64,000 bases of DNA. Source: Blasia pusilla (lineage: Eukaryota). Positions 20,601 to 31,194 of this stretch are shown here, one piece after another. Each line of letters starts with the position of its first letter. The stretch's first letter is position 1. The stretch is from assembly GCA_050084515.1 (NCBI GenBank), contig CM114271.1:16182001-16246000 (forward strand). Reading direction: 5' to 3'. Position numbers and translations under genes: made by a program. The notes below the pieces were generated by a model. It was not told the origin of the DNA, did not search any database, and saw only the letters and a list, made by a program, of their open reading frames with translations.

Positions 20601-22036
20601 TGTTTTTAATTAGGAAAGAATGAAAAAAACCTTCTCTGCAGAGATAACATGGTTTTGCAAAATGGAATTTGCGTATTTGGTAAAATGATGTAATGTTTTT
20701 AGGAGTATCATCAAGTTTGGCATATAGCTGCAGTAGGCACTAAAGGAGTTCATGCTTGTAGGAGTTAAAATTTGGAAAAACAGAAAGAAGGTATTATTGC
20801 CTAATACATACAGAGATATTCTATATGTGGTACTAATATTTGCTTGGTGATCCCATTGACAGAAGACCGAGGCTGTAGCCAGTGCCTGCATATCACAAGG
20901 TACAACGGTTCAGATTGCTGAATTATAAATGCAAATTGAAAAAAGTAGAAGGAACGTGTGCATGTGGAAGAATAGAGCTTGGAAGAATGGAGGTAGAAAA
21001 GCAGGTACAATCTGAAAAATGGATGAATGCAGCATTGGTATAGGGCGAGTAGCATATTTGTAGAATGTACTAAGGAGGCCTACTCAAAGATGAATTAAAA
21101 AATTTGAATACATATAAGGTAGAAGAAAAAGAAGGGCACTTGAAGTATGAATAGTTATAGAACATTTTACTTGCAAATCAGTTACGAAGCAAGGACTGAT
21201 TAATCCCTGACTGGAGCTTTAACTTCGGGTTGTGCTCAATGAGAGGGTTAACTTCAGCAATGAAGTCTTTGAAATGCCTTTGTGCTTCTTTCAAATTCTC
21301 CTTAAGATCTGAAACAATGTGCATATGGATGTCGTTCTCCTCGTAAAGCGCAGATAGCTCGTCGTTGAGGTTGTCTCTAATATCTTTATCCAATCATGGG
21401 AGTTATCCAATTGTGCCATGACTCCCAATTACACGTGAAGAGGAATAGTGGGACGAAGTGAACCATGGTCTGTTCGTGATTGCACCTCTAGTTGATGCTA
21501 CGGTGGAACAATGCAAGGAGTTGGAACCGAGTAAGGTTGACATCTTGAAGGTTGCCTACTTCTCATCTGGAAGTACATAAGCCAACGAGAATGTAGGGTT
21601 AGACCAGCATGGACATCTCTATAACGAATTGGTGGAAGGTAGTGAACAGGAGAAGCAGTGGTAAAATTTGAAAATCAGAATCCATGTTGAAGCAATGAAT
21701 ATGAATTACGACAATTGTCGTGCCCATACACATCGCTACACAACATACATCGCTATCACCGAACACACACACAAACACGCACGATCCCATGCTAACTCAT
21801 GGCATCCAAACAACGAGACAAGAAGTACCAAAATATCTCCAATTGCCCCCCTAGCTGGTGGTTAGGTCCCTCTAACTCCAGAAAGCAATCTATTCCTACC
21901 TACCATGACATACATCTCTCGAACGCTAAGAGCAAGAAGGCCGGGTGCTCATGTGGCCCCATCGTTAGTCGCCTTCCTGTCATCCATGTCAGAGAAAAAG
22001 GTCGAGATCGAAACCTACCTAATATCTCCTCTATGT

Positions 22037-22170
22037 ACATCTGGGACACATCCATTGTCCCCGAGGAACCCTAGTAGAGGTGGCGTCAGACATGCCATAT
22101 GCCAACCTCTCGAACAACCATCATAGACTAGCATCGTGGCCGCACCACGGGCAGAACCACACAACATACA
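22037..22170 (-). pseudogene. PHD-type zinc finger at the integrase C-terminus
   Basis: RCMLCGSARGAATMLVYDGCSRGWHMACLTPPL, then after a 1-nt frameshift VPRGQWMCPRC. This is a C4HC3 pattern with the diagnostic W; the third Cys is mutated to Tyr (TGT>TAT). Confidence 0.85.
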
Positions 22171-23330
22171 ACGCAAGCCTATAGGAACTACTGCTAAGCT
22201 CGGATCCACTGTACTATCAATGTTAGGAAGGTGACATGGTGCACAATTACGCACATGGTCCTTCCATACCATACCATCGCGTCCCTCCACCAAGAGAACA
22301 CCGGATGGCAAAACGTCACGCACTCTCAGGATAGTGCGCCTTGCAGTCACATCCAACGTCGTCGGTGCCGTCTACTGTAAGTAGACATAATCTCCTTGAT
22401 GAAACCTCCGGATAGTTGGTCGATAACCACCACCCCGAATAGTCGCATACCTCAACGTATCCCGATGTTGCGCAATCGCAAAGTTCTCGAACGCCATGGG
22501 CATCACTCTGTGAAATAACTCAGCCCTCTGAGAACATGCTCACACCCATACATCTGGGTCATCAAGGTCCAGCACCTCACCAGCATCTCGACGAATGGCC
22601 GCAGGTAAATCTGGCTCTCGGCCATAAAGTAGCAAGTACGGTGAAAAAGACGCTAAGGATGCCTGCCTGCTGAATCTGTATCCCATCGCCAACCATGGCA
22701 ACTCGAGGTCCCAATCTCCTAGGTGACCTCTCTGCAAGCCATACTTGTGTAAACCCCTCTTCACCGTCTACACAACTCTCTCCGCTAATCCATCCGCCTT
22801 GGCATGATCTCGTGAAGTTGTGCGGTGCTCGATCAGTGCTTGATCACACAAGGCTTGGAACTCACCCCAAAACTCGGTACCCTGGTCTGTCAATACCTCA
22901 GCCGGTGCGCCATAATGACTCAGCACTCTGTCAAGGAAGGCATAAGCTACTCCCTCACTCGCTTTGTCAGGCAATGCAACCAACTCGATCCACTTCGAGA
23001 AGTGCTCGACCATCACCAACACATAACGACTGTGACGCTTTGTCAAAGGCAAAGGTCCTACAAAATCCAAACTCCATCTATACCCTAAGCTCATGATCGG
23101 TAATGGATGCAATTGTGGAGTCGGAGCATTGAACAATGCTCGGACCGGATCACACACCATGCACCTGGCAACAAACTGCTGAACGTCAGTGTGCATGCCT
23201 CGCCACCAATATCGAATCCGAGCAAGTCAGACGTCCGCTTCACCCCAAAGTGACCCAAATCCTTGTGGGCATGCTGCACTAGTCGTGCTCTCTGCGAAGG
23301 ATGCGGCACTACGCGTACTCTGCCATCCTC
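22171..23330 (-). pseudogene. Gypsy integrase (HHCC Zn finger plus D,D35E core)
   Basis: HAHKDLGHFG..CMVC, WSLDFVGP, VLTDQGTEF, ADGLAERVV, SPYLLLYGREP. Confidence 0.93.
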
Positions 23331-23699
23331 CTAAACCCTCAAAACATGTGTCCCCTCCCAACGGAACCGTCTGGCCCGCTGTAGGATCCAATCTCGCTCT
23401 CTAGCACCCATAGTGCTCGCAACGCTTCCAGTACGAAGGTACTCCAAGACTACTCCATCATCATGAATATCTTGGCCACCTGTCGTCTCCTCACTGGCCT
23501 CGGGATCCAAGGACTCTCCATTAGACCTTGCCATCGAAGTCTCCACACTCTGGCTCTCCATAGCCAACATGCCTAAATAGGCTGACGCGTGCCATCCTGG
23601 CACCGACTCCTCATCACTCTCTCCATGCCATCGAGCTCCAGTCGCATCTCGCTGACTCGGGCATGGGTTACGACTCAACCCATCTGCATCCCGGTTGAG

Positions 23700-24089
23700 C
23701 GTCCCAGGTCTATGTACCACGTGAAAATCATACTCCTACAACAACAGAGCCCATCTCACAAGCTTCCTTGTAAGCTTTTCGGACTCCATCAACCACTTCA
23801 GTGGTTGATGATCAATGATGATGGTAAAGGGGTTGCCGAATAAGTAACACATGAAATGCGCGACTGCCCACACCGCAGCCAAGCACTCACCCTCATACGA
23901 GCTGTATTTTGCCTTTGTTGCGTTGTTCCAGCGGCTAGCGTAAGCCACCATGAACTCTCTACCCTCATCATCATGCAGGGTGAGCACCGCTCCAAGCCCC
24001 AACATGCTCCAATCTGTGTGCAACTGGAAAGGACGCCCCCTGATCGGTCTCCTCAAGATAGGCGCAGACGTTAACTTGTCCTTGAGCAA
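23700..24089 (-). pseudogene. Gypsy RNase H
   Basis: LTSAPILRRP..FQLHTDWSMLGLGAVL..VAYASR..YSSYEGECLA..IIDHQPLKWL. Confidence 0.92.
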
Positions 24090-24095
24090 CTGAAA

Positions 24096-25030
24096 TGCTC
24101 ACTCCTGCTCATCCCCCCAGTGCCACTCGTGATCCACCTTGGTCAGCAAGGTCAGTGGCTTCGCAATTGGACTGAATCCCTTGACGTATCGTCGATAGAA
24201 GTTCGCCAATCCCATGAATGCGCAAACACGGCTCACATCTGTAGGGCGTGGAATGGGTGAGATACCCTCTACCTTCGTTTGTTGAACACCAAGGCCCCCT
24301 GGGTATATCGTATGACCCAAGTACTCAATCTGGTCGTAGAAGAACTTGCACTTGCCTGGATGTAGCTTCAGCCCATGTAATTGCAATCATCAAAATACCT
24401 CCTCTAGTTGTCGCTCATGCTCCTCAACCGTGGTGCTAAAGACTACGATGTCATCAATATAACACCTAGAAAAATCCAGACCAACCAAGATCCTATCCAT
24501 GACCCTCTGAAACTCAGCCGGGGCATTCTTTAACCAAATGGTAAGAACCGCCACCGGTACAAAAAATCCTTCCCGTGAGGATCGATGCCCCAAAATGCCA
24601 TCTTGTGCCTGTCCTCCAATCTGATATGCAGCTGATGGTATCCGGCTCGCAAATCCAAAGACCTTTGCGTGACCAATCGCATCAAAGATCTCCTCAGGGG
24701 TGGGCATGGTATACCTATCGGACTTCGTCTGCCGATTGATAGGTCGGTAATCCCCACACATCCGCCTATCCGTCCAATTGCCATGCACATCCTTCTTGGC
24801 GGGCATGACAGTGGCAGATGCATACTCACCATGCACATCTCCACTAGTCCTTCTCTGACCAAGTCCTCGCTCCTACTCTCAATCAGAGCCCTCTCCATAT
24901 CACTGTACCTGTAGGGTCGTCAAAAGATCGGCGTATTACTCGACTACTCAATGCGGATCCTCGGTCCCTTCAGCGTACCCAAATCCTCCATGCTAAACTC
25001 AAAGCAGCTCCTATAACTCCTGAGGAAGTG
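24096..25030 (-). pseudogene. Gypsy reverse transcriptase
   Basis: RRMCGDYRPIN, LDLRAGYHQ, LPFG/LKNAPAEFQRVMD, CYIDDIVVFS, KCKF..IEYLGH, FMGLANFYRRYV, across frameshifts. Confidence 0.95.
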
Positions 25031-25399
25031 ATGTATTCGGCGCCGCTCTCCTCCTGTCAACTTAGGGCCCATATCTGGCTCCCAAGTCTCCATCGTGACT
25101 ACGGTAGGACTCTCCGGCGTGGATATCGGTGGTTGCTATGGTGCAACCCCGTCTCTAAGAACAACACTCGGCCGCTCTCCTGCAGCCAATTGCAAACTCT
25201 GATCTCCTCCACGTGCAGTGCCCGAAACCACGCTCGATGTTGTGGCTATCATCTCCTTGCGTACCTGCAAAACATCCCAAGAAGTCCAAGGATGTCTCTC
25301 CTGATCTCCTCAGGTCTTGCCCCCAGCCATTGCCTCCACCATCTCGGTAGGCATGGGGCTCACCAACGCAATCGTTGTGATCTGTCGCGATCTCATACG

Positions 25400-26380
25400 A
25401 CGTTGTTCAGCCACTCCCAAGTTGAGGCTCCATGTCAAGCAGTTCAGGTCCATCGCCTGACCCAAGACATGGCATCGTGATGCCTCTGACACTGATGGTA
25501 CTACCGTCACTCCTGTGGGAAATCCCATTGCTCGCTCCCTCTCGTCGGCGTTGGGCTCCACTAACCGCTGAACCTGGTCATCCCAAACCAAGCCAGGACC
25601 GGCCTCCTTGTATGCATAGGAAGGGGGAAAACTTACAAACGTGGGTAAGGTTGCCCGCGGCCTGCCTACCCTGTTGACCACAGTCCACTGTAGTCGATCA
25701 TCGTGCCTCACTGCCTGTGATCGATGACCTGGATCCAGAATGGAATCCACTAACAAATGGGAGGGGCTCCACTCTCGCATACGCCCTCCGTAACACCGCA
25801 TGGGGCACCAAGTTGGTCCACCATAGACACGGGCGATGGGCTCTAGAACCTACACTCGCCGCATCCAAGAACACTTCTAGGCCGATCCAGGCACGCACCT
25901 GATGAGCACTCGTCACCACCCGTGACCGGAAGTCTCCTAAGATCAGCACATTCTCCAGAATGTAGGCTGGAGAATGAGACTGGTGCTCCTACAACTGCCG
26001 TAAGACCCTCAACATCTCCCAAAACAACCTGGATCGAGTGTCAACCAACCCACTGCCTTGTCTAGCACTCGATTGGCCCTGACATGGCCAACCGGCAATG
26101 ACCAAATCAATGGTCCCTACCCGCTCTAAGTCCTACGCCCCCAACAACAAAATATCCCTCGGTAGGGAACTCTAATACCTCAGATCGCTGGACGCTTGCA
26201 TACAATAAGTCGGGAAAACGTAGGCGTAACTGTGCCACATGTCGTAGTGAGACACGCCTCGCAACATCATCACTCTCCACATACAGGTACTAGTGTACTC
26301 GCACTTCTGCCTGCAAAACAGCAGCTAACCCGGTGTTAATCCCTCCAAAGAGATCTAACACTCGAATACCCTCCTCCGGG
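25400..26380 (-). pseudogene. C5 cytosine DNA methyltransferase domain (DNMT3-like) embedded in pol between protease and RT
   Basis: Manual translation gives motif I IRVLDLFGGINTG (~26330-26367), II YLYVESD, IV IDLVIAGWPCQGQS (catalytic Cys codon 26082-26084), V RSRLFWE, VI YILENV (ENV 25947-25955), VIII LDAASVGSRAHRPCLWWTNL, IX ERERAMGFPTGVT and X RCHVLGQAMD. The domain is broken by three TAG stops and two frameshifts. Confidence 0.92.
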
Positions 26381-26582
26381 GTACACCACACAATGGGTGT
26401 GGTATCCAAGGGTGTCATCGTAGCAATCCTTGCTACCTCGGGTTCCTCAGACCCGTCACGCTCCGGTGACGGGTCTGAGGAACTCCAAGGGCCTGACGGG
26501 TCTCACTGTTAGGTGATGGGCGCCTAAATGAGCTAAGGCACCCATCACCTAACTGCCATCCTGGTCTGTAGGACATTGACTC

Positions 26583-26920
26583 CTCCTAGTAATCCACGGA
26601 AAAACCCATCGGGTATAACACTACTCCACCAACCAAGACGTCGTAGGACTCTGCATCAATCACTATCGCCTTGGCGCGCACCACAGACTCATCTGTAGGA
26701 TGTCTCGGGCGAATTCTCACCACGACCTCTTGTCGAGTGATATATTGTGTGGTACTCGCTCCACCCAAGGATGTCTGTATCCGAAATGGACAACGCTCCA
26801 CATCGGCTCTCGTCAAGCCCAATCCTCTGAATGACGCTTTCCCCAACATCAGGGGTTGCGCTCGAATCCAACAAGATGCGCTGCGGACTAAAAGCTCTAT
26901 CTCCAGGACTCACCAACTGG
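26583..26920 (-). pseudogene. Retropepsin-like aspartic protease
   Basis: RILLDSSA (degenerate DSGA active site), then after a frameshift MLGKASF..YDVLVGGVVLYPMG. Confidence 0.8.
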
Positions 26921-27299
26921 AAGATCTCTCGTCAGTTATCCAGCAACACAATACCAGGAGAAGCCATGGCACGCTCTATCGCGGGTCTAGAGGGCATCTC
27001 CGCCATTCTAGCATCCGCAACCTGCCATGAATCTGACGTGGATGGTCCGAGCATCCGCTCCAAGGGCAGGTCCATCACCTCCTCTGCAATCACCTCTGAA
27101 CGTGATGCAGGAACTCCAACTCCGCACTCACATAGCGACGCGGCCAGCCGAAAAGCCTCGTCGGGCGTACCCCCCAACGTCATAACATCGGAAGCAGAAA
27201 ATAAAGGAGTGCGGTACACAATGGTGGCCGCCCCCAACAATGTGCTCGACACATGCCCCTCCTGAGCATCAACAATAGGAGTCATTGCACTCGCTTCTC

Positions 27300-29000
27300 C
27301 CATTGCCCTCCGTGCTTGCACACCAAAAACATCACCAACTCTCAAGGAACTTTGATGAGGACCCATCGATGGGGTCCTCATCGCTTCGGACAACGTGAAA
27401 GACTGAGGAAGCCTAGTCTGTTTTTAGGCTTTCCCTCGTTGTGGATCCAACTGTGCGGCTGCTCCACGCGTCACAACCGCAACGGCCTCCATGTGGGCAA
27501 CCAGGATCCTCCAGATCTCTAGCTGCTCCATATGATGTCGATGCCATGGATCCGGCATCGGGTAACCTCAATGCCATAGCGGCAATCTGCTCCTGTAGCT
27601 ATTGTATCTGAGTAGCCATCCCAGCCTCACGTCCAACGTCTCCCTCGGCGCGTCTAGGTGGTGGTATTCTACCTACTCCACGTGCAGCTCCATCACCCTG
27701 TCGGGCAACTCCAGCTCCTCATCCCCCAACGGGACCACCTGGTGCACGATCTCTAGGCCCACCCGGACCGGCTACTTGCTCTGGTGCCCTCTCTGGCCCT
27801 CACTCCGAACGTAACTCAGGATGTAAACTGAAACACCTGGCGCGTGTATGACCATACCTCTGACAATAGTCACACTGATAACCTCCTGGTGCAACACCAT
27901 CTCCTCCTCCATGCTGAGGCATACGTCCATGACCCTGACGAGTGCAATGGCATTGATGATGGGCTCCACCACATGACCAACAAGTAATAGTAGGCGGCTG
28001 CTGTTGAGCCGCATATGAAGGCGCAGGTCTCTGTACCACTTGCTCCCAGTATCCTCCTTGAGCTCGTGGTGCCACAGTTGACCTATCTCGGAGTCCACGT
28101 TGTTGCACAGGTGGTGCAGCCAATCGCGACTGCTCTCACCCAAAACCCATGGTGGCTACGCTCTCCTCCGCCATGTTGCGCTCAATTTTCTCGGCGGTTC
28201 TAAAAACATCTCTCAACATAGGGGAGGTGTTCATAAGAAGCGCCCCCTCCCGCACCCGTGGCCGCAGGGTCAGGTCCAGCATCGCGTACCATGACTGGAT
28301 AGCCTGAGCCTCTGTCACCCCCTGAGTGACGTTGATCAACCGGTGCAAGCGAGTGTAAGCCTCACGTAAACTCTCACCCGGGCGCCTCTGGAAGTTGTGG
28401 ATGCTCCGCAAATTTTCCATCCGTACCCCTTGGTAGCTCGCCCTCAACTCAGCAAAGAACTCAACCACGGGGTTGAACCTGGGACGAACCCGACTAGACG
28501 GTGCAACTGCTCTAGTGCGAGTGACCCCTCCTAAAACATCACTAGTGGAAGAGCAAGTAGCCTCTCCTAACTCCTCCTCCTCCTCATCTGGGAACGGCTC
28601 CATCCATGACACATAGTGTGGGTCGTAGGAGAGTAGCCATGCCTCAATCTCTTGGGCATATCTGTGGGAAAACTCATGGTAATTGTCCATTGGTGCCCCC
28701 TCTAAATGCTGGAACATAGCGTTCCATGCTATAAACGGGTTGAACTCTCTAGAATTCCTGGCCCGATGGGAGTCGCACCAACTCCTAAACTTGCTATGAA
28801 ATCATGCAACTCAATCGTACCTACTGCACCTGAAAACCTACGCTGTCCTCTACCCCGGTCGTCCATCTCGTACGCCCAACTGGTAGGACCACTCACAATG
28901 TGTGGCGATGTGCTTACAAATTCCTCTACACCCTCCCCCTTCTCTGACAATGACACAGAAGGAGGTCGAGGTGGTCCTTGAAGTGAAGACCCTCGGAACC
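27300..29000 (-). pseudogene. Gag with two zinc knuckles
   Basis: FQRRPGESLREAYTRL (retrotransposon gag Q..GES motif), CWSCGGAHHQCHC and CDYCQRYGHTRARC (CX2CX4HX4C); frameshifted. Confidence 0.88.
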
Positions 29001-31194
29001 TCACGCCACTCCGCGTAAAACCTCTAGAGCTACTCTCGGGTTCACCACCTCGCCTCTCAAAGTCCCGAACGGACGTCGTGATGACCCTCGTGCCCTTCTC
29101 ACCCGATCACTCTTACCTCGCGAGTAATCCCTCAATCACTCATCCCAAACATGCGGCACTCGATCTACACTCTCCTTCCCCGAGAGATGTAACGTGCGGC
29201 AATAAGCGGCGTGGTGGGGCATATCGACTAGGCTATCATTTCATCGATAACCTATCCTCAACTCCGGACATCCCACACAGGTCTATGTCCCCTAAACCAC
29301 ATACATAAATGATGCTCTCAGCATCCACACACCCAATATCCCCAAATAAACTACCCAAATCCCAGAATCCCTCACACGTGCAGGGTAAAGGACCAGAATG
29401 GGTAACCTGAACACATGTCGATGTCGTTGCTCAGCAACTGCAAATCTTGACCCCAACTCGATCGTGGAGACATCTCCTCCAATCAGCAAGTCATACTCCT
29501 CCCATACTGACGTTGCTCAAAACTCCTCGATAGACTGTGCAGTTCCAGCGGAACGGTGCGGCGTTACAGGTGGCACGGAACGGCTACGAACGGCACGACC
29601 CTCGATGGTGGGATGCGGCACTTGGCGGCATACCCTCCTCAATCAAAATAAACCCACACTCTGCTCCACAATGCCGGAGCAGCTCCGCGATCGAGACGGT
29701 GCGGTGCGGCCACGAGCGGCACGGCGCGGCAATCAGCGGCGCGTTGCGGCTAAGGGCGTCACGGCACGGTACTTGATCGTCGTTGAGCGGCTACCAATCA
29801 CAACATAGCAGCATGAAATCAAAACTCAAACACTATAACATGACGTCATATGCCATCACAGGTTGATGACGGTGGCGGCCAAAACAAAGTACGTGATGGC
29901 AACGCAAGTCCAAAAATTAACGAACGATGTGGAAGACCCTCCACTCCGTAACGGCGGCAATGGCAACCAAGGGTGGACAATGGACGGTGGACCATTGACG
30001 GTGACGGTAGACCGTTGATGGTGACAGACAAACGGTGACGGTGACAGTTGACCATTGATGGTGACGATTGACCGCCGATGGTAGAAGTTGACCGTTGATG
30101 GTTGACGGTGATTATGACGGTGGCGGCTGGTTTAGGGTTTGCACAATTTAACCCTAAAAATCGCCTAGCAATGGCAGTTTTGCAATATTGACCATAACTT
30201 TTTGCTCGTAACTCCAAATTGCGCCTGTTTATTGCACAGCGTGCACAACTTCACGATCTACGCCAGCACAAAAAATATTTGGAATCGGACATTCCAGTAA
30301 AAACTGACAGGGACTGTCGTAAAGCCCAATGTCTCTTTCTTCTACCCAACATTTGGCAGCGCTTTCGCACTGATTTTTCCCAAAAAAAATGTAAAACCTG
30401 TAAAAATGCAAATCAGCAAGCTACATGGTGCTCCTGAAAGCACCGGCATGGGGCAACCCGCCCCCATACTCAATCCCTATCAGAAATTGGGCAGAGCTTC
30501 CGCGCGCCACTCTTCCACACGAAAAATCGGCAAATGCAAAGAACAATCCAAGCAACCCTTGCTCCGATGAGCACTCCCATGAGCCATTGAACGGGGAACA
30601 CGGTCCCCAACTTGCAAAAACAGCGAGTGACCAGCGAGCTCCCCCATGAAGCTCTCTCACTCTTTCATTCTCTCTTTGTAAAGTAAGATCCAATCTCTCT
30701 CTACACAATTTCACACCATATCTCTCAAAGGTGTGCACTCTCTCTCATGTCAAACCAAACCCACTCTCCTAATGAGAGGCTTGGATTACACTCACAAGGC
30801 AAGGGACCATAGCTCCGCCGCCTTATGCCAAGAGGTTCAACAAAGAGAGAATGAGCTCTCAAGCTCTCTCTTCTTGGGATATATACCCCTCCCCTCTCCC
30901 AAGCTCTCTCCATGGTAACCTATTCTCCCAAGTCATCTCCTTGGGTCTTGACGTGATGTAGGAGGTCAAAGTCCACTTACCAAAAATATAAAGTTGATCA
31001 TATACTCAAAATGGTACTTACCTAAAATAGTAAGTTCCTCAATATGGCTCCAAATGAGCCAAAACGAAGAGAAAACTTGCTCTCTTAGGTTTCCCGGGGC
31101 CTCAGCAGGTCATCCTCAACATCCTAGGCATGTCCTCCACTACTCTTGAAGACGCTCTACTAGATCTCACCGATCTATCCTAAAGGAGGTGACA

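Larger units (their letters stand above)
21716..31194 (-). mobile_element. Ty3/Gypsy-type retrotransposon carrying a C5 DNA methyltransferase and a PHD finger (decayed)
   Basis: Domain order is gag(CCHC)-PR-DNMT-RT-RNaseH-IN-PHD. The minus-strand termini read TGTCAC... (31194) and ...GCACGACA (21716). There is a ~2.1-kb non-coding leader and many stops and frameshifts. Confidence 0.9.

Noticed and set aside
25400-26380. Host DRM/CMT/MET1 gene or bacterial restriction-modification methylase
   Set aside because: No introns, UBA, BAH or chromo domains and no partner nuclease; it is collinear within pol and decays in the same way as the flanking retroelement domains.
30131-30160. Interstitial telomere or chromosome-fusion scar
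   Set aside because: Only a single repeat on each side and it recurs in every leader copy, so it belongs to the element.
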